A DNA stretch of 64,000 nucleotides from Candidatus Woesearchaeota archaeon (lineage in GTDB: Archaea > Nanobdellota > Nanobdellia > Pacearchaeales > GW2011-AR1). Shown in pieces: positions 1 through 9,374 of this stretch; the stretch's first letter is position 1; each line of letters opens with the position of its first letter. The DNA is taken from NCBI GenBank assembly GCA_964516745.1, contig CAZEYD010000004.1, positions 7,972 through 71,971 of the forward strand, given 5' to 3'. Below the pieces are notes generated by a model that was not told where the DNA came from, did not search any database, and saw only the letters and a list, made by a program, of their open reading frames with translations. The translations under genes were made by a program, and so were the position numbers.

Positions 1-594
1 GATGCAATTTTGGCAGAAGCCGAAAAATTACATATTGCAAATAGGCCGTATGTTTTAATTCAACCCTCCTTTAATAGTCGTGATGGTGGAAAGATAAAGT
101 CACGTTCTGGTAGAGAACTTAATGCTGAAGTTGTCAATGTTACTGAAAAAGGTTGGCTAGAGAAATTTAGTGAATTGATAAGAAAAAATACTTGGATTGC
201 AATTGATGAATTTTTTATGTTTCCTTATTCTACTGAGTCCCCCTATTCTATTATAGATATAATTCGTTTTTATGGAAGAGATAGGCTAATTAATATTTCA
301 TCTTTGAATTTAGATTTTAGGGGAGAACCGTGGCCTATAATTAAAGATTTATTTCCTTTTGCCGACGATGTTAAGGTCTGCGAAGCCGTTTGTTCAAATT
401 GTGGAAAAGTGGCTACAAGGACACAGAGATATACAAAAGGTGATAATGGAATATGGTGTCCATCGTCTTTTAGTGAGCCTGTTTTAGTTGTTGAGGGAGT
501 GAAAAATTATAAATATGGTGCGGCTTGTAAGTTTCATCATTTAGTTGGAGAGACTCCTCCATTAAAAGTACCGTTTTTCTTTAATCTTTCTTAA
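1..594 (+). CDS. tdk: thymidine kinase, 5'-truncated by window edge (ORF open to position 1)
   Basis: The IAIDEFFMF segment matches the TK core. A C-terminal CxxC...CxxC(GKVA) zinc ribbon is typical of thymidine kinase. The N-terminal P-loop is absent because the ORF runs off the window. Confidence 0.55.
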   Translation, partial: DAILAEAEKLHIANRPYVLIQPSFNSRDGGKIKSRSGRELNAEVVNVTEKGWLEKFSELIRKNTWIAIDEFFMFPYSTESPYSIIDIIRFYGRDRLINISSLNLDFRGEPWPIIKDLFPFADDVKVCEAVCSNCGKVATRTQRYTKGDNGIWCPSSFSEPVLVVEGVKNYKYGAACKFHHLVGETPPLKVPFFFNLS

Positions 595-625
595 TGCAGA
601 ATATACAAAAGGTTTTTAAAGGAAG

Positions 626-640
626 TTTTTTATATTTTTC
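626..640 (+). promoter_or_regulatory. TATA box-like element (ttttttatattttt) ~30-40 nt upstream of the rpoH ATG, with a purine-rich BRE-like stretch upstream
   Basis: AT-rich octamer resembling the archaeal TATA consensus at the expected distance from the rpoH start. A short or absent leader is expected. Confidence 0.35.
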
Positions 641-667
641 TAGAGATAAAAGTTCTGAATATAAAAC

Positions 668-862
668 ATGCATATTTTACAACCAAAACAAAAAAAACTT
701 GACGGAAAAGAAGTGGAAAGAGTCTTGAATGAGTTTAATATTGGGTTGACTCAGTTGCCTAAAATTTCGTTAAAGGATGCTGGCTTACCGGAAGGTTGTA
801 TTAAAGGCGATGTTGTTGAAATTAAAAGGGAGGATGAAACCTATTATAGGGTTGTCGTATAA
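668..862 (+). CDS. rpoH: DNA-directed RNA polymerase subunit H (Rpb5 homolog)
   Basis: 64-aa protein with a GDVVEI...YYRVVV C-terminus typical of RpoH. It sits immediately upstream of rpoB as in the conserved archaeal operon. Confidence 0.8.
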   Translation: MHILQPKQKKLDGKEVERVLNEFNIGLTQLPKISLKDAGLPEGCIKGDVVEIKREDETYYRVVV

Positions 863-3800
863 ATGGAAAATAATCATATTCTAGTAAAAAATTATTTAGA
901 GAATCATTCTTTGGTTGAATCTAATATTAGATCGTTTAATGATTTTATTGAAAATAAAATGCAAAAAATCATTCAAGAATTATCAGATTCAATTCCTACA
1001 GAAGATTTTGAAATTAAGTTAGGGAAGATTGTTGTTGAAAAACCAAACATTATAGAATCTGACGGTTCTAAAAAGTTGATTACTCCTGCTGAAGCTCGTT
1101 TGAGAAATTTGACTTATTCTGCTCCTATTAAATTAGATATGACTATTAATTATGCAGGTCAGGCAGAAAGTGCTACTGTTGATTTAGGTAGAATTCCTAT
1201 TATGGTTAAAAGTAGAGTTTGTAATTTGGATGGTTTGAGTGCAGAAGAACTTATTGAAAATTATGTTGATCCAAGAGATACAGGTGGATATTTTTTAATT
1301 AATGGTAATGAGAGAATCATGATTATGGCTGAGGATTTGGCAAGTAATCAGACATTTATTGAATTTCAATCAATTAAGAAAATTTTAATGTTGAGATTGT
1401 TTTCTCAAAGAGGATCTTATAAAATCCCAATGGCTTTAGTAGAAAATACTGAAGGTATTTTAGAATTGAATTTTTCGAGATTTAGAGATATTCCTGCTAT
1501 TATATTATTGAAGGCCTTAGGTTTGGAATCAGATGCTGAGATTTCTAAATTAATTGGGAAAGAAACAGACAGTTTGATAGTTAACTTTTATGAATTTGCT
1601 TCTATTTCAAATCAAAATGATGCTCTAATGTGGATTGCTGAAAAAAATTCTTTACAGGGGACGACAAAAGAGATTCTAGAAAGAGTTAGTCAAAGAATAG
1701 ATGCATATTTTTTACCTCATATTGGATTAGATGAAAAAGCTAGAATAGAGAAAGCTAAGACACTTTGTAAATTTGTTAAGCAGTATTATGTTGCGAAAGA
1801 GAGTCCTAAGACATCTCTTACTGATAAGGATCATTATGGTAATAAGAGAATTAGGTTATCGGGAGATTTGTTGTCTGATTTATTTAGAGTAAATATGAAT
1901 ATTTTATTAAGGGAGATTCAACATTCCTTACAGAAAACAGTAAAGAGAAGAAAATTTTATTCTATAAAGACTTTAGCAAAATCTACATTGTTTTCTCATA
2001 GAGTAGAGTCTGCAATTGCTACTGGTTCTTGGATTGGTGAACGAACTGGTGTTACTCAGAACATGGATAAGAATAATTCCTTTGCTATGATGAGTCAATT
2101 ACAGAGAGTTACCTCTAATTTGTCGTCTGAGACTGGTGAAAATTTTGCAGCTAGAACAGTTCATCCAACTCATTATGGTCGATTTTGTCCAGTAGAGACT
2201 CCTGAAGGTAGTGAAATTGGTTTAAGGAAAAATTTAGCTATTTTAGCTAGAATTTCTAATGTTGTTAATATGTCTGATGAAAAGATATTAGGAATTTTAA
2301 AAAATATTGGATTAAAAGATGAAGAAGGACTTGTAGATGTTTTCTATAATGGTATTTTTGTAGGAACTGCTGATGATGTTGAGGAGTTTTTGATAAAAGT
2401 TAAAGCACAAAGAAGAACTGATAATTTGCCACTTGAAATGTCTATTAAATATGATAAAGCATTAAACACTATTTTTGTTAGTAGTGAAGTTGGTAGGGTT
2501 TTGAGACCATTAATTATTGTTGAAGATGGACAATCTAAGTTAAAACCTGAACATTTAGAAATGGTTAAACAGGGGAGTTTATCTTGGGACGATTTATTTA
2601 AACAGGGTTTCTTGGAGTATTTAGATGCTGGTGAAGAAAATGATTGTTTAGTTTCTATAGATGAAGAGAGCTTGACAGAGAAACATACACATCTAGAAAT
2701 AGATAAGATTGATGTTTTAGGTGTTAGCGTGGCTATGATACCATTTGCTAATCATAATCCTCCTGCTCGTTTAGTTAAAGGTGGTTCTAGAGCATATAGG
2801 CAGGGGTTAGGAATATATGCCGCAAATTATTTAGTTAGAATGGATACTGATGTTTCAATTTTACATTATCCTCAAAGACCGATTGTTAGAAGTTTTATTT
2901 ATGATACATTAAACGTTCATCCTGTAGGTCAGAATGTTGTTGTTGCTGTTATGCCGTTTGAAGGTTATAATATTGAAGATTCTGTCGTTTTAAATCGAGG
3001 TGCTGTTCAGAGAGGAATGGGTAGGAGTACTAGATTTAGGCCATATAGCTCTATTGAATTACATTATGCTGGTGGTTTGCGTGATGATATTTGTATTCCT
3101 GAAAAAGATGTTTCTGGTTATAGAACTGAAGAAAGTTATAGATATTTAGAAGATGATGGAATTGTATTTCCAGAAGCTAGTTTACTTCAAGGTGAAGTTA
3201 TTATTGGAAAAATATCACCACCAAAGTTTTTAAGTGAAGCAAGAGAAATCTCTATTCAAAATAAAAAAGAGAATTCTACGGCTATTAGACAAGAAGAAAC
3301 TGGTGTTGTTGATTCTGTTTTTATTACTCAAGACAAAGAAGGAAATAGAATTGTGCAGATTAGAACTAGAGAATTAAGAACACCTGAGTTGGGAGATAAG
3401 TTTTCCTGTCCTCATGGTCAAAAAGGTGTTGTTGGAGCGATTGCGCCAGAAGAGAATATTCCCTTTACTGGTAATGGTATAACTCCTGATATTATTTTTA
3501 ATCCCCACGGTATTCCTTCTCGTATGACTATGGGTTACGTTATGGATATTTTGGCTGGTAAGTTAGCAGCTTTATCTGGAAAAATTATAGATGCTTCTCC
3601 TTTTTCTGGAGAATCGCTAAGTAGTTTAGAAGATAATTTAAAAAAATTAGGTTTTAGACCAAATGGTAAAGAAATCTTTTATCATGGTGTTACGGGACAA
3701 AGGATGCCTATAAAGATTTATGTTGGTAGTATGTTTTATTTGAAATTGAAATATATGGTTGCTGACAGAATGCATGCAAGAGGAACAGGAAAAGTAGCAT

Positions 3801-4123
3801 TGTTAACAAGGCAACCTATTGAAGGTAGATCTCGTGGTGGTGCTTTAAGATTGGGAGAAATGGAGCAACAAGCTTTAGTTGGTCATGGTGCCTCTTTGTT
3901 GTTAAAAGAAAGATACGATTCTGATAAGGTTGTATTTTATGTTTGTTCTAAATGTGGTGGTTTAGTGATTGATGATCAAATTCATAAGAAGAGAGTTTGT
4001 AGTTTATGTCATTCGAATCAAGTTGAACCAGTCGAGGTTTCATATGCATTTAAGTTGTTGGTAGAGGAGTTACAAGGGTTACATTTATTAACTAAATTTA
4101 AGCTAAAAAACAAATACGAATAA
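863..4123 (+). CDS. rpoB: DNA-directed RNA polymerase subunit B (unsplit B'/B'')
   Basis: 1086-aa protein with the Rpb2 hallmarks GDKF..HGQKG and PFT..G..PD, plus a C-terminal CxxC...CxxC zinc ribbon. Start follows the rpoH stop directly (TAAATG). Confidence 0.95.
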   Translation: MENNHILVKNYLENHSLVESNIRSFNDFIENKMQKIIQELSDSIPTEDFEIKLGKIVVEKPNIIESDGSKKLITPAEARLRNLTYSAPIKLDMTINYAGQAESATVDLGRIPIMVKSRVCNLDGLSAEELIENYVDPRDTGGYFLINGNERIMIMAEDLASNQTFIEFQSIKKILMLRLFSQRGSYKIPMALVENTEGILELNFSRFRDIPAIILLKALGLESDAEISKLIGKETDSLIVNFYEFASISNQNDALMWIAEKNSLQGTTKEILERVSQRIDAYFLPHIGLDEKARIEKAKTLCKFVKQYYVAKESPKTSLTDKDHYGNKRIRLSGDLLSDLFRVNMNILLREIQHSLQKTVKRRKFYSIKTLAKSTLFSHRVESAIATGSWIGERTGVTQNMDKNNSFAMMSQLQRVTSNLSSETGENFAARTVHPTHYGRFCPVETPEGSEIGLRKNLAILARISNVVNMSDEKILGILKNIGLKDEEGLVDVFYNGIFVGTADDVEEFLIKVKAQRRTDNLPLEMSIKYDKALNTIFVSSEVGRVLRPLIIVEDGQSKLKPEHLEMVKQGSLSWDDLFKQGFLEYLDAGEENDCLVSIDEESLTEKHTHLEIDKIDVLGVSVAMIPFANHNPPARLVKGGSRAYRQGLGIYAANYLVRMDTDVSILHYPQRPIVRSFIYDTLNVHPVGQNVVVAVMPFEGYNIEDSVVLNRGAVQRGMGRSTRFRPYSSIELHYAGGLRDDICIPEKDVSGYRTEESYRYLEDDGIVFPEASLLQGEVIIGKISPPKFLSEAREISIQNKKENSTAIRQEETGVVDSVFITQDKEGNRIVQIRTRELRTPELGDKFSCPHGQKGVVGAIAPEENIPFTGNGITPDIIFNPHGIPSRMTMGYVMDILAGKLAALSGKIIDASPFSGESLSSLEDNLKKLGFRPNGKEIFYHGVTGQRMPIKIYVGSMFYLKLKYMVADRMHARGTGKVALLTRQPIEGRSRGGALRLGEMEQQALVGHGASLLLKERYDSDKVVFYVCSKCGGLVIDDQIHKKRVCSLCHSNQVEPVEVSYAFKLLVEELQGLHLLTKFKLKNKYE

Positions 4124-7100
4124 TGGAAGTTGTAAAAAAACAAATAAAGTCAATGGATTTTCAATTATTGAGTCCTGAACAAGTGAAGAAGTTAAGTGTA
4201 GCTAAAATTGTTACACCTGAACTTTATGATGTTGATGGTTATCCTGTAGATGGTGGTTTAATGGATTTAAGATTAGGTGCTGTAGATCCTGGTGTTAGAT
4301 GTAGGACTTGTGGTGGTCGGTTGAAAGAATGTTTAGGTCATCCTGGTATAATTGAATTAGCTCGTCCATTGGTTCATATTAAATATATTCCAATTATTGA
4401 TATGGTGTTAAGAAGTACTTGTGAAGCTTGTGGAAAAGTATTAATTAAAGATAAAAAGTTTTTAGATAAAGAATTAAAAGATAGAATTAAAAAAGCTAAG
4501 GATGGGAAAAAATGTCCTCATTGTAGTATTATTCAGGAAAAAGTTAAGTTAGAAAAACCATCTACATTTAGAGTTGGTAGGAGGAGATTATTTCCTTCAG
4601 AAATAAGAGAAAGATTGGCGAAAGTACCTGCTGAAGATTTGAAGATTTTAGGAATAAATGCTGAGACTTTAAGGCCGGAATGGGCAATTCTGACATCATT
4701 ATTAGTACCACCCGTAACAGTAAGACCTTCTATTACTTTAGAATCTGGTGAAAGAAGTGAAGATGATTTGACTCATAAATTATCTGATATTATTCGAGCT
4801 AATCAGAGACTTTGGGAGAATTTGAATGCTGGTGCACCTGAAGTTATTATCGAAGATTTATGGGATTTATTACAATATCATATTACAACTTTCTTTGACA
4901 ATTCTATTGCAAAGGTTCCTCCTGCTAGACATAGAAGTGGTCAACCATTGAAGACAATAACAGAAAGGATTAAAGGTAAAGAAGGGCGTATCAGGAAAAA
5001 TTTAGCTGGTAAAAGAGTTAATTTTTCTGGTAGAACAGTTATTTCTCCCGATCCAAAATTGAAAATTAATGAAATTGGAATCCCATTAGCTGTTGCAAAG
5101 GTAATAACGGTTGTTGAAAAAGTTACAACGTTAAATATTGAACGATGTAAAAAATTAATTTTAGCAGAACAATATCCTGGAGCAAATTATATTGTTAGAC
5201 CGGATGGAAGGAGAAAAAGAATTACAGATGAATTAAGAGAGAGTATTGTTGAAGAGATTGAGCCTGGTTATGTTGTAGAAAGGCATTTAATTAATGGAGA
5301 TATTGTTTTATTTAATCGTCATCCCTCTTTACATAGAGCGAATTTAATGGCTCATTATGTTAAAGTTTTAGATGGTAGAACATTCAGAATGCATCCTGCA
5401 TCTTGTAATCCATATAATGCAGATTTTGATGGTGATGAGATGAACATACATGGTCCTCAAAATGAAGAGGCAAGGGCAGAGGCAAAAGTATTATTAGATG
5501 TGAACCAAAATTTATTTTCACCAAAAAACGATACTAATTTGATGGGTTGTATTGATGACGCATCTACTGGAAATTATTTATTAAACAGAGCTTCTGTAGA
5601 TAAAGCTGAAGCATCTCAATTATTGTATTCTTCTGGAGCTGAAGATATTTCAGTTCATAAAATGAATACAGGTGCTGATGTTTTTAGTGGTGTTTTGCCT
5701 AAGGGATATAAGGATATGACTCCTTTAGGATTTAGAAAAGGTAGTGGTGATGATTTAAAAATTCTTGATAAAAACATTGGGAGAGATGAAACAATGGAAG
5801 TGTTAAGAAGGGTGTTTGCTCTGGGTGTTACTTTTTTATCTCGTAATGGGTTTACTGTCTCTGTGGAGGACTTAGATGTTGGCGAGGATGTTAAGAAGAA
5901 AACAAAGAAAGTTTTGTTAGAAGCTGATAAAAAGACACAAGAGGTTATTGAATCTTATTATAATGAAACTTTAGAATTATTACCAGGTAGGACTTCAGAA
6001 GAGACTAGAGAAATTAAAATTTTACAAATTTTGAATGGTGTTAGATCTGTATTGGGTGACGTTGTAACTAATAGTGTTTCTGAAGATAATAATGTTAATA
6101 GTATGATTACTGCTAAAGCTAGGGCTAGTATGCTTAATGTTACTCAGATGGCTTGTTCTGTTGGTCAACAGGTGTTGAATGGTCGTAGAATAGATTTTGG
6201 ATATACTGAAAGAACATTACCATTCTTTGAAAGAGGAGATTTGTCTCCGAAAGCACATGGATTTATCAATAGTTCATTTATGGAAGGTATGGATCCTGTA
6301 GAGATGTTCTTTGGTGCGATGACAGGAAGAGATGGTCTTATGGATACTTCACTTAGGACACCTAAGTCTGGTTATCTTTATAGAAGATTAGCAAATGCTT
6401 TACAAGATTTGATTGTAGCTTATGATGGGACTGTTAGAGATGCATCTCAGAATATTGTTCAATTTGTTTATGGTATTGATGGTTTTGATATTTCTGGTGC
6501 TCATAAAGAAGAGAAGGTAGCTTCTGGTGAAGCAATTGGTCTTATTACTGCTCAAAGTTTCGGTGAATCTTCTACTCAAATGGTTTTGAATACATTTCAT
6601 ACTGCTGGTGTGGCTGAAGTTCAAGTTACGACAGGTCTTCCTCGTTTGATTGAGATTTTAGACGCAAGAAAATTACCTAAAACTCCAGCTATGGAAATAT
6701 TCTTAGATGCCGATCATAATAATGAAAAAGATGTAAGAGTTATTGCTGAGAAATTGAGGGAAGTGACTTTGAGAGAGATTATGTCTGATATTTCTATTGA
6801 TTTTGCTACAAAGGCGATAAGGATTGGTATTAATTCTAAAGCTTTACGTAGTGCTCATATAACATTGGATACTGCTGTTGTTGTTTTGAATGATAAAGGA
6901 TTTGATGCAAAAATAAAAGATGGTATGATTGTTTTAGAAATGGATAAAGAAGATTTTAAAACAATTTATAAAACGAAAGAAAAAATCAAAAATGTTATTT
7001 TATCTGGAGTTAAAAAGATTTCACAGGTTTTAGTTGTTAAAAGAGGAAAAAATTATATTATCTTAACTTCTGGTTCTAACTTAAAAGAAGTTTTGAATTT

Positions 7101-7536
7101 CAAAGGTATTGATAGCGATAAAGTAATAACAAATGATGTTCATGAAATTTCGAATGTTTTAGGAATTGAAGCTGCTCGTAAATCTATTATTAATGAAATT
7201 GAAAAAGTTATTAATTCTCAAGGTCTAGATGTGGATAGAAAACATTCTATTCTCGTTGCTGATACTATGACGGCTTCAGGAATTGTAAAAGGTATTACTA
7301 GAATGGGTATTATTGGTGATAAGAGTTCTATTCTTGCAAGGGCATCTTTTGAAACCCCTGTTAAACATTTTGTTCAAGCGACAAAAACAGGTAGATCAGA
7401 TAAAATAGCCTCTGTAATTGAAAATATTATTTTGAATCAACCTGTTCCTGTTGGAACTGGATTGCCAGGGTTGCTTGTTAAGGTTACAGGTTCTTTAGCT
7501 AACAAAAATAAAAAATCTAAGGATAGTAAGGAGTAA
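4123..7536 (+). CDS. rpoA: DNA-directed RNA polymerase largest subunit; A' and A'' homology regions in one continuous ORF
   Basis: N-terminal zinc-binding CxxCxxxxxxCxGH motif and the NADFDGDEMN catalytic loop. Bridge helix (GRDGLMDTSLRTPKSGY) and trigger loop (GEAIGLITAQSFGESSTQMVLNTFHTAG) lie in the same frame with no stop between them. Overlaps rpoB stop (TAATG). Confidence 0.9.
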   Translation: MEVVKKQIKSMDFQLLSPEQVKKLSVAKIVTPELYDVDGYPVDGGLMDLRLGAVDPGVRCRTCGGRLKECLGHPGIIELARPLVHIKYIPIIDMVLRSTCEACGKVLIKDKKFLDKELKDRIKKAKDGKKCPHCSIIQEKVKLEKPSTFRVGRRRLFPSEIRERLAKVPAEDLKILGINAETLRPEWAILTSLLVPPVTVRPSITLESGERSEDDLTHKLSDIIRANQRLWENLNAGAPEVIIEDLWDLLQYHITTFFDNSIAKVPPARHRSGQPLKTITERIKGKEGRIRKNLAGKRVNFSGRTVISPDPKLKINEIGIPLAVAKVITVVEKVTTLNIERCKKLILAEQYPGANYIVRPDGRRKRITDELRESIVEEIEPGYVVERHLINGDIVLFNRHPSLHRANLMAHYVKVLDGRTFRMHPASCNPYNADFDGDEMNIHGPQNEEARAEAKVLLDVNQNLFSPKNDTNLMGCIDDASTGNYLLNRASVDKAEASQLLYSSGAEDISVHKMNTGADVFSGVLPKGYKDMTPLGFRKGSGDDLKILDKNIGRDETMEVLRRVFALGVTFLSRNGFTVSVEDLDVGEDVKKKTKKVLLEADKKTQEVIESYYNETLELLPGRTSEETREIKILQILNGVRSVLGDVVTNSVSEDNNVNSMITAKARASMLNVTQMACSVGQQVLNGRRIDFGYTERTLPFFERGDLSPKAHGFINSSFMEGMDPVEMFFGAMTGRDGLMDTSLRTPKSGYLYRRLANALQDLIVAYDGTVRDASQNIVQFVYGIDGFDISGAHKEEKVASGEAIGLITAQSFGESSTQMVLNTFHTAGVAEVQVTTGLPRLIEILDARKLPKTPAMEIFLDADHNNEKDVRVIAEKLREVTLREIMSDISIDFATKAIRIGINSKALRSAHITLDTAVVVLNDKGFDAKIKDGMIVLEMDKEDFKTIYKTKEKIKNVILSGVKKISQVLVVKRGKNYIILTSGSNLKEVLNFKGIDSDKVITNDVHEISNVLGIEAARKSIINEIEKVINSQGLDVDRKHSILVADTMTASGIVKGITRMGIIGDKSSILARASFETPVKHFVQATKTGRSDKIASVIENIILNQPVPVGTGLPGLLVKVTGSLANKNKKSKDSKE

Positions 7537-7775
7537 TGATGAGTGTTAAAGAAATAAAAGATGCAATTGAAAATAAAAATATTTATTTTGGAGTAAAAGA
7601 ATCTATTAAACATAAAAAAGATGTAAAAACTGTTTATGTTGTTAAGGATGCTCGAGAATCAACATTGGAAAAGCTGAATAGTGCAAAGATAACTTATAAA
7701 TCTTTGAAAACTAAAAAGGAAATGGTTAAATTGTTGAATTTGGATTTTTTATCTGAGGTTTTTTCTATTAAGTAA
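7536..7775 (+). CDS. rpl30e: ribosomal protein L30e-like (small, 79 aa)
   Basis: Occupies the rpoA''-L30e-nusA slot of the conserved operon. TAATG overlap with rpoA. Weak L30e/L7Ae-like sequence pattern. Confidence 0.5.
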   Translation: MMSVKEIKDAIENKNIYFGVKESIKHKKDVKTVYVVKDARESTLEKLNSAKITYKSLKTKKEMVKLLNLDFLSEVFSIK

Positions 7776-7776
7776 G

Positions 7777-8199
7777 ATGGCTAGAACAATTGATATGCAA
7801 CAAATGAGGTATATTAATCTTTTTTCGAAGGTGTCTAAGATAGATCCAGAATCTTCGTTTAAATATAATGGTCAATTAATTTTTTTGGTTTTAAAGAAAT
7901 TAGTATCTCAAGCAATAGGTAAAGATGCTAGTAACGTAAAAAGAATGAGTAATATAATGGGAAAGAGAGTTAAAATTATTGCTTTTCCAAATAGGGTTGA
8001 TGAAAAACAAATGTCAAACTTTATTGAAAGATTGGTTAGTCCAATTGAATTGATGAAAGTAGAGTTGAAAGATGATTCAGTAATTATCAATGCGACAAGA
8101 GTTAGTAAAGCTAATTTGATTGGTCGTAATCGAGTTAAGGAGCAAGAATTAAATAAAATACTAAAAGATTTTTTTGATTTAAATTTAAAGATAATCTGA
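7777..8199 (+). CDS. nusA: archaeal NusA-like transcription termination factor (two KH domains)
   Basis: 140-aa protein at the conserved position after L30e. KH-like GxxG segments are present. Confidence 0.7.
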   Translation: MARTIDMQQMRYINLFSKVSKIDPESSFKYNGQLIFLVLKKLVSQAIGKDASNVKRMSNIMGKRVKIIAFPNRVDEKQMSNFIERLVSPIELMKVELKDDSVIINATRVSKANLIGRNRVKEQELNKILKDFFDLNLKII

Positions 8200-8243
8200 T
8201 AAAGGGAAATCTTTTTAAATCAATTTTATTAAATAATAATACA

Positions 8244-8666
8244 ATGGGAATGTCAAACGCTAGAAAAATATCGAAGAAGAAAAAAATATTTAGAGATAGT
8301 AGGTTGCCTGATAAGAAAAGACGTCTTGGAATTATTTTAAAATATGATCCATTAGGTAGATCTAGTCAAGCTCGTGGTATTGTTGTTAAAAAAATGCAAA
8401 AAGAAGCAAAGCAACCTAATTCAGCTATGCGAAAGTGTTGTAGGGTTCAATTGATACGTTCTGGGAAAGAAGTTTCTTGTTTTATTCCTGGTAATTTAGC
8501 TCAAAAGTTTATTGATGAACACGATGAAGTATTGATTGAAAGAATTGGTGGTAAACAAGGAAGAACTAAGGGTGATTTGTCTGGAGTTCGTTTCCAAGTT
8601 ATTAAAGTAAATGATCAACCTTTAGAAAGATTATGGCAAGGTAAGATCGAGAAAGGTAGAAGATAA
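8244..8666 (+). CDS. rps12: ribosomal protein S12 (uS12)
   Basis: KQPNSAMRKCCRVQLI and FIDEHDEVLIERIGG motifs are diagnostic for S12. Confidence 0.9.
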   Translation: MGMSNARKISKKKKIFRDSRLPDKKRRLGIILKYDPLGRSSQARGIVVKKMQKEAKQPNSAMRKCCRVQLIRSGKEVSCFIPGNLAQKFIDEHDEVLIERIGGKQGRTKGDLSGVRFQVIKVNDQPLERLWQGKIEKGRR

Positions 8667-9265
8667 TGGTCGTAGAAATGAAGGTTTTTGGTTTGTTCGA
8701 TGCTAGTGAGGTTAAAATTCAAGATCCATCTTTGAAAAGAGTTGTAAATATTAATCCCAAATTAATGTTAAAAAGTCATGGAAGAATTAAGTGGGATCCC
8801 TCTAAATCAAAAGTTAATGTTGTTGAGCGGTTAATTAATTTGTTACAAGTTCCTGGTTCTCGAGGGAAAAAACATAGAATTATTACTTCTTGGATTACTG
8901 GGAAACAATCTAGATGTACAAATATAGTGATTGATGCCTTTAAAATTATTGAGAAAAAGACAAAGGAAAATCCATTACAAGTTTTTATTAAAGCAATCGA
9001 AAATGGTTCACCTAGAGATGAAGTCGTTGCTGTTGAATATGGTGGAGCTAGATATCCTCAAGCTGTTGATGTTTCTCCTAGAAGAAGATTGAATTTAGTG
9101 TTACGTTTTATTACTAATGGTGCTTATGATAAGGCTTTTAATAAAAAAGCTACAATGACTGAAGCTTTGGCTAAAGAAATTATGTTAGCTGCTGATAACT
9201 CTGGTGAAAGTCATGCTATTTCTAAAAAGAATGAAGTTGAGAAGCAAGCTGATGCTGCTAGGTAG
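8666..9265 (+). CDS. rps7: ribosomal protein S7 (uS7)
   Basis: VVERLINLL, QAVDVSPRRR and a C-terminal AISKKNEVEKQADAAR are characteristic of archaeal S7. Overlaps S12 stop (TAATG). Confidence 0.9.
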   Translation: MVVEMKVFGLFDASEVKIQDPSLKRVVNINPKLMLKSHGRIKWDPSKSKVNVVERLINLLQVPGSRGKKHRIITSWITGKQSRCTNIVIDAFKIIEKKTKENPLQVFIKAIENGSPRDEVVAVEYGGARYPQAVDVSPRRRLNLVLRFITNGAYDKAFNKKATMTEALAKEIMLAADNSGESHAISKKNEVEKQADAAR

Positions 9266-9298
9266 TTTTTTTAATTTGTAATTCTTTTGGTTTTTTTG
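9266..9298 (+). terminator. oligo-T tracts (T7 ... T8) directly after the rps7 stop; archaeal intrinsic terminator-like
   Basis: Two runs of 7-8 T within 35 nt downstream of the last operon gene. Confidence 0.3.
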
Positions 9299-9374
9299 AT
9301 GATTTGTTCAAAGGAAAGTCTTTACGATTATCGGATGAATAATTAATTAGAACAATAACCTTTAAAATAATTCA

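Noticed and set aside
6400-6624. Antisense or out-of-frame small ORFs lying inside well-supported genes. Examples: 6400..6624(-), 7908..8090(-), 9950..10252(-), 11105..11299(-), 12063..12296(-), 13261..13476(+), 16533..16962, 17214..17432(-), 18015..18341(-), 28299..28562(-), 30337..30549(-), 36553..37500(+), 38787..39008(+), 41644..41868(+), 56011..57784(+), 59463..60288(+), 60814..61695(+), 62465..62701(+).
   Set aside because: They are low-complexity (Ile/Leu/Phe/Ser-rich), as expected for shadow ORFs in AT-rich DNA opposite real genes whose proteins carry clear conserved motifs. No independent support exists for them.
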